64,000 nucleotides of DNA, taken from Bifidobacteriaceae bacterium (lineage in GTDB: Bacteria > Actinomycetota > Actinomycetes > Actinomycetales > WQXJ01). The notes under the pieces are model-generated. The model was given only the letters and a program-made list of their open reading frames with translations, was not told the DNA's origin and made no database searches. Within the stretch, counting starts at the first letter, position 1; each line of letters opens with the position of its first letter. Location of the stretch: assembly GCA_031267825.1 (NCBI GenBank), contig JAIRYJ010000015.1, positions 9,487 to 73,486 of the forward strand, read 5' to 3'. Position numbers and translations under genes: made by a program. This document shows, in pieces, positions 35,467-44,313 of this stretch.

Positions 35467-35934
35467 ATGGCAAATCAGAGTCTGGGCCAAACGCTCAGCC
35501 AAGCGCTGCAACAGATCAAACAGCTCGCGCGGACCACAGCCGCTTTCGCTAAGGCGCGGCTATCGAAAGACGGATCACGCCTCGGAACCGGTCTAGCACT
35601 CCTGACTGGGGCTCTGGTGGCGGTCGCCAGTCTGGTGCCACTCCTGATCCTGGCTCTGGTCTGGGGACTAGTCGAACTCGATATTCGGCCTTGGGCGGCC
35701 CACCTGATTACAGCCGGTCTGGTGGCGCTAGCCGCCGTCGCCTTAGCTTTAGGCAGCAAGGCACTGCTCAAACGAGTCGCCGCCTCAATTGGTCAAACCG
35801 CAGCGCTGATCAGTCAGTCCGTGGCCGCCCTGGGCGGCACAAAACCACCGGTCAGCGGCCAGAATTCGGCCAGCCCAGCGCCGCCAGGATCGAGCGGCAC
35901 CGGGCCCAGCGCCGCGCCCGGCGCGTCCGGCTAA
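35467..35934 (+). CDS. Actinobacterial holin-X / phage holin family 3-like membrane protein
   Basis: 155 aa, comprising an amphipathic N-terminus, two TM segments (LALLTGALVAVASLVPLLILALVWGLV and AAHLITAGLVALAAVALALG) and a Pro/Ser/Gly tail. A GGGGA sequence lies 5 nt upstream of the ATG. Confidence 0.5.
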   Translation: MANQSLGQTLSQALQQIKQLARTTAAFAKARLSKDGSRLGTGLALLTGALVAVASLVPLLILALVWGLVELDIRPWAAHLITAGLVALAAVALALGSKALLKRVAASIGQTAALISQSVAALGGTKPPVSGQNSASPAPPGSSGTGPSAAPGASG

Positions 35935-35943
35935 GGCGTTCCG

Positions 35944-36882
35944 GTGTTCGTCCGCCGCGCTAAGACGGCCGCCGATTTCACGGCCGCTTTGATTGAAGGC
36001 CCCTGGAAACATCGCTTTGTCTCGGCCAGCGGGTTACGTTTCCACGTCGCCTGCGCCGGACCAGCCGATGGGCCCCCGGTGGTGCTTCTACCCACCATTC
36101 CTGAACACTGGTGGGGTATGCGCCACCTGTTGATGGCTTTAGCTCAGGCCGGATACAACTGCTACGCCATGGACTTGCGCGGCACTGGCGCCAGCGACAA
36201 ACCACCGGAGGGTTACACCCTGCCGATGTTGGCTCGCGATGTCGGCGGGGTGATCGCCGCCCTGGGACACCAATCAGCCGTCGTAGTGGGACACGGTTTT
36301 GGAGGTCTAGTGGCGTGGACAATGATGACACGGGCGCGGCAATACTTGGACGGCATCGTCCCGATTTGTTCTTACCACCCTGGAAGTATGGTGCCGAAAC
36401 GGCGGCTGGCGGCCTCCCCTCGGGCTGTCGGCCAAATGATCACCTTGCGTTCACCGGCCGCCGCCCGCCGGCTGTTACCTGAAGAAGGTTTTGTCGCCGC
36501 CCTGCTGAATAGCTGGATGGCGGACCCGTCGGCGATCGACCCGAACGCCGTGCACTACTACACCGAAGCACTGCGTGTACCATTCGCGGCCGACAAAATG
36601 GCCCGCTTGATGCGCTGGTCGACCCGCTCTTTGCTGGACGCCGCGCACATCCGGTTTGTCGCTTCCGCCCGGGTCCGGGCCGATCTGCCGGTGCTGCAAA
36701 TCCAAACTGATTCTGACCCGTTGCTGCGCTGGACGGTCTGCCAGGTACCTCAACTCGGCGGCTCCGACTACACCTTCAAACTGCTCCACAAAGTTGGCCA
36801 CCTGGCACCTGAGGAAGCCCCTGAGGTGACGGCCCGGCTAATCCGGCAGTGGCTAGCTGAACGTGGGCTAGCCCCTGCCTGA
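35944..36882 (+). CDS. Alpha/beta-hydrolase fold protein (epoxide-hydrolase-like) lacking the canonical nucleophile
   Basis: Fold-typical length and the C-terminal His context KVGHLAPEEAP. The nucleophile elbow reads GHGFGG (Gly codon 36295-36297) where GHDWGG or GxSxG is expected. The HGxP-type oxyanion motif is replaced by PTIPE. Confidence 0.7.
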   Translation: MFVRRAKTAADFTAALIEGPWKHRFVSASGLRFHVACAGPADGPPVVLLPTIPEHWWGMRHLLMALAQAGYNCYAMDLRGTGASDKPPEGYTLPMLARDVGGVIAALGHQSAVVVGHGFGGLVAWTMMTRARQYLDGIVPICSYHPGSMVPKRRLAASPRAVGQMITLRSPAAARRLLPEEGFVAALLNSWMADPSAIDPNAVHYYTEALRVPFAADKMARLMRWSTRSLLDAAHIRFVASARVRADLPVLQIQTDSDPLLRWTVCQVPQLGGSDYTFKLLHKVGHLAPEEAPEVTARLIRQWLAERGLAPA

Positions 36883-37061
36883 TCGCCCGTGACGCCTAGC
36901 GGGCCGGGCCGGACGGACCTATCAGCCACCAATTGTGGATACTACTTGGATGACGACAGCCTCATGCCACCTGATCGGGCAGAATAGTCGGAAGCAACCA
37001 ACGCCACCGCGCCCACGGTTCAGGGTGAGGCGGCCCGCGATCTCTAGGGGGTGATGCCCTG

Positions 37062-37769
37062 ATGCGGAACCATCCGAACGAGGATCCAGACCTGTCGATC
37101 GTCACATCGTCAGGTCTGTTCGCCGGTATCAGTCAAGAACAAGCTCAGCGCCTGCGTGGTGCTATGGTGCGGGTCCACTTGTCGCGCGGCGACGTCCTAT
37201 TCCGTGAAGGCGAACAAGCCGACCGGCTCTACATCATCGAATCCGGCAAGATGAAACTTGGTCACACCTCATCCGACAACCGTGAAAACCTGCTCGCGGT
37301 CCTCGGCAAAGGCGAGATCATTGGCGAACTGACACTCTTTGATCCGGGCACCCGGACGGCCACCGCGACCGCCGTAACCGGCGCTGACCTGCTTGAACTG
37401 AGTCACGAAGCTCTGGTCGAATGGCTCGAAGTCCACCCCGCCGCATCGATGCACTTACTTCAAGCACTGGCTCAGCGGCTACGCCGAACCAATGAAGCGG
37501 TTGGCGGGCTGGTCTTTTATGACGTCCCCGGACGGGTCGCTAAAGCCCTGCTTGACCTGGCCGAACAGTTCGGTGAGGAAATGCCTGACGGCGCCATACT
37601 GGTCCAACATTCACTGACGCAGGAAGAATTGGCCCACTTGGTCGGATCATCACGCGAAACAGTCAACAAGGCGTTAGCTGACTACGCCTCGCGCGGCTGG
37701 ATCAGGCTAAACGGACGGGCTGTTTACATCCTTGACCGGGCCCACCTGGCCAAACGCGCCTCCCAATAG
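37062..37769 (+). CDS. crp: cAMP receptor protein, Crp/Fnr family (Rv3676/GlxR-like)
   Basis: Near-identical motif strings to M. tuberculosis Crp: GDRLYIIESGKMKLG, FGELTLFDPGTRT, DVPGRVAKALLDLAEQFG and SRETVNKALADYASRGWIRL. Confidence 0.95.
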   Translation: MRNHPNEDPDLSIVTSSGLFAGISQEQAQRLRGAMVRVHLSRGDVLFREGEQADRLYIIESGKMKLGHTSSDNRENLLAVLGKGEIIGELTLFDPGTRTATATAVTGADLLELSHEALVEWLEVHPAASMHLLQALAQRLRRTNEAVGGLVFYDVPGRVAKALLDLAEQFGEEMPDGAILVQHSLTQEELAHLVGSSRETVNKALADYASRGWIRLNGRAVYILDRAHLAKRASQ

Positions 37770-37821
37770 GGCGGGCCGGGCCGACCGGACGAACCAAGGA
37801 CTGACCGGTAATGTTGGGCTG

Positions 37822-38730
37822 ATGAAACTCCAGCGCGTGGTCGGCCTATTAGCTCTTGGCGGCACAGCGGTCTTGGGCTACAGCTTGGCCGAGGCCACCT
37901 GGTACCGCCTGCGCCGGGTTGATGTTCCAGTCTTAAGACCCGGCACGCCACCCCTATCGGTGTTACACCTGTCAGATGCTCATTTCACCGCCCAGCAGCG
38001 ACGCAAAGTCGCCTGGGTTCAGGCTTTAGCCCGGTTGCGGCCTGATTTTGTGGCACTAACCGGCGATAACTTCGCTTTCGGTGACGCCATGGAGACGGCG
38101 CTGGAGGCGCTCGAACCGCTACTGCGTTTCCCTGGCGCGTTCGTTTTCGGCTCCAATGACTACTATTCGGCTGTTCGCAAGAACCCTCTGACTTATCTGG
38201 CCGCTTTCGGAGGTAGTCCGCGCACACCTCCGTTGCGTCGCCCTGACCTGCCGACTGAGGCTTTCCGCGGGGTGTTGACCCGGGCTGGTTGGCATGATCT
38301 GAACAACGCCCGGGCTAACGTCACCTTAGGTCAGGGCGGGCTTACCGTTGATCTGACTGGTTTAGCTGACCCGCATCTCGGCTGGGACAAGATGCCTCCG
38401 CCGGCCAGCCACGCGGCGGCCGATCTGGTTATCGGCTTGGTTCACGCACCATACCGGCGGGCCGTTCAAGCCTTAGTGGACGATGCCGCCCGGTTGGTTT
38501 TGGCGGGTCACACCCATGGTGGGCAGGTCGCGCTGCCAGGTCTTGGCGCCTTGGTATCCAACACTGATCTGCCGCTGCGTTACGCCCGGGGCTCACACCG
38601 CTGGCCAGATAGTGATCCTCAAGCGCCGTCATATCTTGAGGTTACGGTTGGCCTGGGAACATCACCTTATGTGCCGGTCCGTCTGGCTGCCCGGCCTGAA
38701 GCTGTCCTGCTACGGCTAGTAACCTCGTAG
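37822..38730 (+). CDS. Metallophosphoesterase (Rv3683-like), N-terminal TM anchor
   Basis: The start was moved to ATG 37822 (MKLQRVVGLLALGG). Motifs are HLSDAH, GDN and GHTHGG. Confidence 0.8.
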   Translation: MKLQRVVGLLALGGTAVLGYSLAEATWYRLRRVDVPVLRPGTPPLSVLHLSDAHFTAQQRRKVAWVQALARLRPDFVALTGDNFAFGDAMETALEALEPLLRFPGAFVFGSNDYYSAVRKNPLTYLAAFGGSPRTPPLRRPDLPTEAFRGVLTRAGWHDLNNARANVTLGQGGLTVDLTGLADPHLGWDKMPPPASHAAADLVIGLVHAPYRRAVQALVDDAARLVLAGHTHGGQVALPGLGALVSNTDLPLRYARGSHRWPDSDPQAPSYLEVTVGLGTSPYVPVRLAARPEAVLLRLVTS

Positions 38731-38767
38731 GCAGGGCCACAACGTCACAGTCCCGAAGGAGCGGCCG

Positions 38768-40009
38768 ATGCCCACTGTGGAAGGCTCCCAGCATGCCGAA
38801 TGGCTGGGCCAGGAGACACTCCGCCTGCTGCGGTTTGGCCGGGCTTCGGCCTGCGGCGCGGCTGGTTTCGCTTGGCTTGACAGCCAGGGACGGCCGCAGT
38901 TGGACGCTCCTTTTGACCTCTGGGTGACGTGCCGCATGACCCATGTATACGCTCTTGGAACGCTGCTCGGCTACGACTGGTGTGGCCCGTTAGCTGATCA
39001 CGGCATCGCCGCGCTTTGTGGGCCATTCAATGATCCGGCTCATGGCGGCTGGTATTCACAGGTCGGGGCTGACGGTGTGGCAACAGATCCAACTAAAGCC
39101 GCCTACGCCCATGCCCAAGTTGTTCTGGCGGCCGCCTCGGCGGCGGCGGCCGGACGGCCGCACGCGGCTGATGTTCTGCGGCGTGCCCTCGGCAATCAGA
39201 ATGTCCACTTCCGGGACGGTGTTGACGGCATGGTGATTGATGTTTTCAACCGGGAGTTCACCCGTTCGGATGATTACCGTGGTGCCAGCGCCAATCTGCG
39301 GACGGTTGAGGCTTATATGGCAGCCGCCGACCTGACTGGTGATTCACGCTGGCGTCAGCGGGCCTTGGCGATCACCGAAAGGCTGATTGACCAGGCTGAT
39401 CAGCACGATTGGGTTGTGCCGGAACACTACACAACGGACTGGCGGCCGCTCGCGGATTACAACGCTGATCAACCTGACGACCAGTTCCGGCCATACGGCT
39501 GGGTCCCTGGGCACGGCTTCGAATGGTCACGTCTGGTGCTGCAGTTGTGGGCCGGGCTTGGCCAGGCGGCACCAGGCTGGATGAAGCCTGCCGCTGAGTC
39601 GCTTTTCCGCCGGGCTTATCTTGACGCCTGGCAGGAAGAACCGGTACCGGGTTTTATTCTGACAGCCGATTGGTCTGGCAGGCCGATCATCCAGACCAGG
39701 CTGCATTGGGTCGCGGCTGAGGCGGTGGCGGCCGCCGCCACCGCCTACCGGGCCACCCTAGACCCGCTCTACCACCATCTTTACGCCCGCTGGTGGGAGT
39801 TGATCGAAGAGCGTTTCGTTGACCAGGCTGATGGTTCATGGCATCACGAGTTATCTCCCAACGGTCAACCTTCGAACGACTTATGGGAAGGCAAACCGGA
39901 CATTTATCACGCTGTTCAAGCCACCTTGATACCTCGTTTACCGCTGGCGCCGTCTCTGGCGAGCGCCTTGCGGGCCGGGCTGCTCGATAGCTTGGCGCCG
40001 CTCTTGTAG
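38768..40009 (+). CDS. AGE-family epimerase/isomerase (N-acylglucosamine 2-epimerase-like)
   Basis: 413 aa with alpha/alpha-barrel type repeats. It shows typical AGE-family strings (WVTCRMTHVYALG, GGWY, GHGFEWSRL and WHHEL). Confidence 0.7.
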   Translation: MPTVEGSQHAEWLGQETLRLLRFGRASACGAAGFAWLDSQGRPQLDAPFDLWVTCRMTHVYALGTLLGYDWCGPLADHGIAALCGPFNDPAHGGWYSQVGADGVATDPTKAAYAHAQVVLAAASAAAAGRPHAADVLRRALGNQNVHFRDGVDGMVIDVFNREFTRSDDYRGASANLRTVEAYMAAADLTGDSRWRQRALAITERLIDQADQHDWVVPEHYTTDWRPLADYNADQPDDQFRPYGWVPGHGFEWSRLVLQLWAGLGQAAPGWMKPAAESLFRRAYLDAWQEEPVPGFILTADWSGRPIIQTRLHWVAAEAVAAAATAYRATLDPLYHHLYARWWELIEERFVDQADGSWHHELSPNGQPSNDLWEGKPDIYHAVQATLIPRLPLAPSLASALRAGLLDSLAPLL

Positions 40010-40027
40010 CGGCCGCCAATCGCGTAT

Positions 40028-40960
40028 TCAGAGCGTGTTACGCAGATCTGGTTCAAGGTAGATGGTCAATTTGAGTGGCACAGCCTGACGGGCCCGTGCC
40101 TCGGCGGCGTCGATCGCTTGAGCCAACTGGGCTACCGTTGTCCCGGCGGATGGTTCAATTTTGGCTGCCACCAGTAGTTCTTCCGGCCCAAGGTGCATCA
40201 CTCTGAGGTGAATCAGCGAAGCGACGCCTTCGCCTGTCAGGGCCTCAGTAATGGCGGCTAGCTGATCAGCGGCCGGTGCCTCACCCAACAGCAGGGATTT
40301 CATCTCGACTACTAAGACACCGGCTACAACAACCAGTAACAGGCCAATCGCGGCTGATCCGGCCGCATCCCAGCGGCCATCACCGGTTAGTAGTGTCAGC
40401 CCGATCCCAAGCCCGGCGAACACTAGGCCAAGCAGAGCGGCTGTGTCTTCAAGCAAGACCACCGGCAGTTCTGGGGATTTTGAACGCCGGATGAATCCGG
40501 GCCAGCTAAGCGTGCCCTTCAATGGCCGGGCCTGTCCGATGGCGGTCCGCAGCGAAAGAGATTCCATCACAATGGCCGCGATCACCACAGCGACTGGGAC
40601 CCAACGCCAGGCGGTGATGGCGGCTGGGTGTTTCAACTTCTCATAAGCCTCATATAGGGCGAACAGGCCGCCTAAGGAGAAGAGCACCAAGGCGACCACA
40701 AAGGACCAAAAATAGCGGCCCCGACCGTAACCGAAAGGATGGCTGGCGTCCGGCCGACGCCGACCTTCTTTACCACCCCACAGCAGCAGGAGTTGATTTC
40801 CGGAGTCCGCCACTGAATGAATCGATTCGGCCAGCATTGAGCTGGATCCAGTCAAGGCGAAGGCGACAAACTTTGTCACCGCGATGCCAAGGTTGGCGCT
40901 GAGGGCGGCGATGATCGCCTTAGTTCCACCGTGCGAACTCACAACTGTCTTTCTGGTCAA
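40028..40960 (-). CDS. Cation diffusion facilitator family transporter
   Basis: Six TM segments, the TM2 motif ESIHSVADSGNQ and a C-terminal cytoplasmic domain. The TTG start at 40960 is uncertain. Confidence 0.88.
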   Translation of the reverse strand: MTRKTVVSSHGGTKAIIAALSANLGIAVTKFVAFALTGSSSMLAESIHSVADSGNQLLLLWGGKEGRRRPDASHPFGYGRGRYFWSFVVALVLFSLGGLFALYEAYEKLKHPAAITAWRWVPVAVVIAAIVMESLSLRTAIGQARPLKGTLSWPGFIRRSKSPELPVVLLEDTAALLGLVFAGLGIGLTLLTGDGRWDAAGSAAIGLLLVVVAGVLVVEMKSLLLGEAPAADQLAAITEALTGEGVASLIHLRVMHLGPEELLVAAKIEPSAGTTVAQLAQAIDAAEARARQAVPLKLTIYLEPDLRNTL

Positions 40961-41324
40961 TTAGTCAGGCCAGGCACTCATCAATAGAGAAGCCTGCCCA
41001 AGACTAATACAAGGCTCCTCCAGCATTGGATATTCACGCCGGTGCCGTAATTGGTTTGGTTGGTGGGTCCGGTGCGCGCGGAAAGCGATTCCTGATCCAC
41101 TTTCCGACTCAATCTGGCCGGATCTGACAGGTCTGGTCTGGTTTTGGTCCTGAAACAGCTCAGAACGGCTCCCAAACGCGAGCAAAACGCGATTCTTGCT
41201 CCACGGAGTGGATCGGGACTTTGATTTCGTTGACAGTGGCGCGGCTGAAGCCGACGGAAAGCGGTCAGCGTCACTGTTCTGGACCCCTGTGTCCACTTAG
41301 TGGTGGGACCGAGGGCCGGTAATC

Positions 41325-41357
41325 GGTCATAGTTGGCCAAAACGGCCAACTATGACC
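41325..41357 (-). terminator. Perfect 14-bp inverted repeat GGTCATAGTTGGCC-aaaac-GGCCAACTATGACC (U-tract-less terminator or operator)
   Basis: It lies 60 nt downstream of the stop of the 41418..41792 gene. There is no T-run on either strand. Confidence 0.35.
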
Positions 41358-41417
41358 GGTTTCCGTCTTGGAAACTAGGTGACCGGTGCCGGCCAATTCG
41401 CAGTCCAATCCGAAAAC

Positions 41418-41792
41418 TCAAGAGACTTGTTCGCCCAGCAGGACACCCGCCATGGCGAAGGTCGCCCGGATGGCGCCGAACAATTCGCTGTAGGCCTCGT
41501 TGGCGCGGCCAACTCCGATCAGGCCGGCCGCTATCCCAGTGGTGTCAGACGCCAAGGAGACCGCTGTGTTGCCGTAGGGATCAGGTCTGAAACTAAGGCG
41601 AACCCGCAGGTGTTGAGACTTACCGGAAAAGGCGCCGACAGCGATGGTAGCGCCTTTCGAACCGCGTTCTGCCAGGCCGGTAGCTGGATCGCTGTACCGC
41701 AAGGTGAAGCCACGCTGGGTCAGAAGGTGGTTGACGGTGGCTTTGGCCACCGCCGGATCCCCCGATACGAAAAAGATTGATGAGAGCATCAC
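41418..41792 (-). CDS. Hypothetical protein (124 aa)
   Basis: Clean ORF with genome-typical codon usage. No family was recognised. Confidence 0.5.
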   Translation of the reverse strand: MMLSSIFFVSGDPAVAKATVNHLLTQRGFTLRYSDPATGLAERGSKGATIAVGAFSGKSQHLRVRLSFRPDPYGNTAVSLASDTTGIAAGLIGVGRANEAYSELFGAIRATFAMAGVLLGEQVS

Positions 41793-41820
41793 ACAGTCCT
41801 AACTAGCCACAAGCCAGCCC

Positions 41821-41887
41821 ACCGCTGAGCCAGCCGGTCGGGTCAACTAAACAACCGCTGAGCCAACCCGTCAGGCCAAACTAACCA
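41821..41887. repeat. Two tandem 33/34-nt units (ACCGCTGAGCCA.CC.GTC.GG.CAA.CTAA.CA)
   Basis: Direct reading of the sequence. The repeat is intergenic between two hypothetical genes. Confidence 0.8.
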
Positions 41888-41913
41888 GCCCGCTACCAGT
41901 TGACCAGCGCTGG

Positions 41914-42474
41914 TCAGCGCTGGTCAACCGCCAGTTTGCCGCCTGTATCAGTCACCAGCACAAGCGATATCTGGACCCCTGGGTAGGCCGTGAACGGGGC
42001 GTTGATAACGGTGCCATCAACCGAATTCTGGACAGTCAAAATGTTCTGGACAGTCGAGGTTTGCACCGCTAGAACACCTTGAGCGGCCAGTTCACCCATG
42101 AGATAACCGTTAAGCCCAATCACCGCTCGGGCTCCACCGTTCAGCCTGCCGGACAGGTCAGCGATGTTGACCACCGCCGGCGAGGGCATCGGCTGATAGG
42201 AGGCGGCTAACCGTCCAGCTTGTTCAAGGTAACGCTGGAACTTTTGTTCTGGGTTTTCCTGGGGTTGGCCGGGCTGGTCTGAGGCCGGCCGGACCAGTTG
42301 AACAATACCGACCACCACCAGCACGGCGGCGATCGCGGCGAAGGCGTAGGCGTTCAGTGGGATGAATCTGAACAATACAAGGTGCATATTGTGGGTGTAG
42401 GCCCAAGCTCCAACAGCCACAAAAATGGCCGCTATGACCAGTGTTGGAATACCGCCACGCTTACGGGATGCCAT
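41914..42474 (-). CDS. Hypothetical membrane protein (two N-terminal TM segments plus a C-terminal domain of about 110 aa)
   Basis: The ATG at 42474 is preceded by GAGGAG 6 nt upstream. There are two TM segments. No family was recognised. Confidence 0.55.
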   Translation of the reverse strand: MASRKRGGIPTLVIAAIFVAVGAWAYTHNMHLVLFRFIPLNAYAFAAIAAVLVVVGIVQLVRPASDQPGQPQENPEQKFQRYLEQAGRLAASYQPMPSPAVVNIADLSGRLNGGARAVIGLNGYLMGELAAQGVLAVQTSTVQNILTVQNSVDGTVINAPFTAYPGVQISLVLVTDTGGKLAVDQR

Positions 42475-42658
42475 GTTTATCTCCTCTAGCTGGGCGCCGC
42501 AGCGCCGCGGTTTCAAGCCTTAGACGCCGCCTTAGAGCTTGGCCGCCCGGGGTACGGGAATCGCGCACCGTTGCGGCCAGTCAAAGAATCCGGTCTTGAG
42601 GGCACCGAATGTGATTCCACATGTTACCGTTCGTTACCCACCTGGCACTATCTCTTTT

Positions 42659-44149
42659 TCAATTTGGCTGACGCTCAAGGAACTCATAAACGTCTGTCAA
42701 GTCAACCCCTGGGAAAGCACCCGCTGGCATGGCCGCCAGGACTGAGGAATGGGGCCGGGCTGATGGCCAAGCCCAACCGGACCATTCGTCGGCCAGAGCC
42801 GCCGGTGGAACCTGGCAGCATGATCGATCAGGGCAGTCTGATCGTAAACGGATCTGGCTGTCACCATCGAGGAACCATTTGGCGTCTTCCGCTCGGCAAC
42901 CAGTTGAAACCGAGAACAGCCCGTCCCTGGTTTGTTTGAGGTGGGCGGTGACCCAATAGGTGCCGTTCGGTGTGGTGGTTAGCTGAACGTAACGCTGGCT
43001 TCCACCGCAGGCGGCATCGAAAACGTTGCGGCCAGCCCAATAGCGGCACATGAATTGTCCTTCGGTGGCGCCTAACGGGTCAGTCGGGAAAAGCACGCCA
43101 TCGTTTTCATAGGATTTGTGAATCACGCCAGAGGAGTGAACTTTAGCGAAATGGACGCGGATGTTGAGGTGGCGTGTCGCCAGATTAACGAACCGGTGCG
43201 CCGCCATCTCATAGGACACGGCGAAAGCGTCACGGAAATCTTCGATTGATAGTTGGTGGCGGGCTTTAGCTCCACCTAATAGGGGGACGGCGGCGCTTAG
43301 TGGCGCCAGCACGGCGCCCGCCAAATAGTTAGCTTCGACTCGTTGACGCAGAAAACCCATGTAGTCGGATGGTTCGCCGTGTCCCAGAACGTGCGATCCG
43401 AAGGCCTGCAAAATGGCTGGCCGTTGGCTGCCACTCATCGATCCGGCCCGCAGCGGGAGATATAAACGGCGCCGTTTAGTGTCTAAGACTGACCGTGTGG
43501 TCTGTGGTAAGTCGTTGACGAAACGCAGTTCAAAGCCTAGTTTGCTGGCCAGGTTAGCTAAATCGGCCGGGCTCATCGGTTCGGCCGGGTCATGGCCAGC
43601 TAATTCGACCAGTTCGGCGGCAACTTCTTCCAGTTCGGGGAAATAGTCATCGTGTTGGCGCATTTCGAGCCGTAAAGCGGCGTTAGCGCGGCGGGCTTCT
43701 TCTGGTGTGGCGACACGTTCGCTGCGGGCTTGGGCCAGTTCGCGGGCCAAGCCAACTAGTGCCTCGAGTACGGCTGTCGGTGTGGTGCGGGTCGTCTTGA
43801 GGCGCGGTAAGCCGCGTGCCAGCCAGGCAGTGTCACGCTGGACCCGCTCCCATTCGATCTCCAGCGCGTCACGCGGGCTCGGTGGGGCCGGTTCCAGCAG
43901 CAGGCGGGGGCTGATCCCTAAAGCGGCCGCGATAGCCCCGATTTGGGCCAGGGTGGGGACGCGGTGGCCGTTTTCGAAAGCCGACATGCCCGATGCCGAC
44001 CGGCCGGCCGCCGTTCCCAGTTGGGCTAAGCGCAACCCTCGTTGGAGTCTGAAATGACGGATCCGCCGTCCCACGATGAGCCCGTCGAAGCTGCCTGGCG
44101 GAGCGGCTGGCGGCGTTCGGCTGGTAGCTGCGGGGACGGCATCGGACAC
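42659..44149 (-). CDS. ramB: XRE-family regulator with ImmA/IrrE-like peptidase-type domain (RamB / Rv0465c-like, short-chain fatty acyl-CoA regulator family)
   Basis: N-terminal HTH (LRLAQLGTAAGRSASGMSAFENGHRVPT) and a long C-terminal domain containing HVLGH. It is divergent from aceA, as ramB-icl is in Mycobacterium and Corynebacterium. Confidence 0.75.
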   Translation of the reverse strand: MSDAVPAATSRTPPAAPPGSFDGLIVGRRIRHFRLQRGLRLAQLGTAAGRSASGMSAFENGHRVPTLAQIGAIAAALGISPRLLLEPAPPSPRDALEIEWERVQRDTAWLARGLPRLKTTRTTPTAVLEALVGLARELAQARSERVATPEEARRANAALRLEMRQHDDYFPELEEVAAELVELAGHDPAEPMSPADLANLASKLGFELRFVNDLPQTTRSVLDTKRRRLYLPLRAGSMSGSQRPAILQAFGSHVLGHGEPSDYMGFLRQRVEANYLAGAVLAPLSAAVPLLGGAKARHQLSIEDFRDAFAVSYEMAAHRFVNLATRHLNIRVHFAKVHSSGVIHKSYENDGVLFPTDPLGATEGQFMCRYWAGRNVFDAACGGSQRYVQLTTTPNGTYWVTAHLKQTRDGLFSVSTGCRAEDAKWFLDGDSQIRLRSDCPDRSCCQVPPAALADEWSGWAWPSARPHSSVLAAMPAGAFPGVDLTDVYEFLERQPN

Positions 44150-44313
44150 CTTTTCATGATAGAACGGCCAATTTTCTGTCTCCTGGAAATTTGGCGATTA
44201 TTCCACGCCAGGATTCTTGGACCGCTCCCGGAAATATTTTAACGTCGGACTAAACGCCTGGCCGGGCGAGCCCGAGTCAGACACGAACCAATGATTGAGA
44301 GGCCAGCACCATC

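Noticed and set aside
35141-35473. 110-aa minus-strand ORF in the AT-rich gap.
   Set aside because: Its composition is atypical for this genome and it has no motif. It spans the promoter, hairpins and terminator, which are better explained as an RNA element.
40961-41349. Two overlapping minus-strand ORFs (111 and 122 aa) upstream of the CDF gene.
   Set aside because: They lie in mutually exclusive frames, show no motifs or TM segments, and have unusual composition. I treated the region as non-coding.
44150-44313. Possible RamB operator (GGAAATTTGGCGA) in the ramB-aceA divergent promoter region.
   Set aside because: It matches the Corynebacterium RamB motif A(A/G)AACTTTGCAAA at only about 7 of 12 positions. 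That is too weak to call without a position weight matrix scan.
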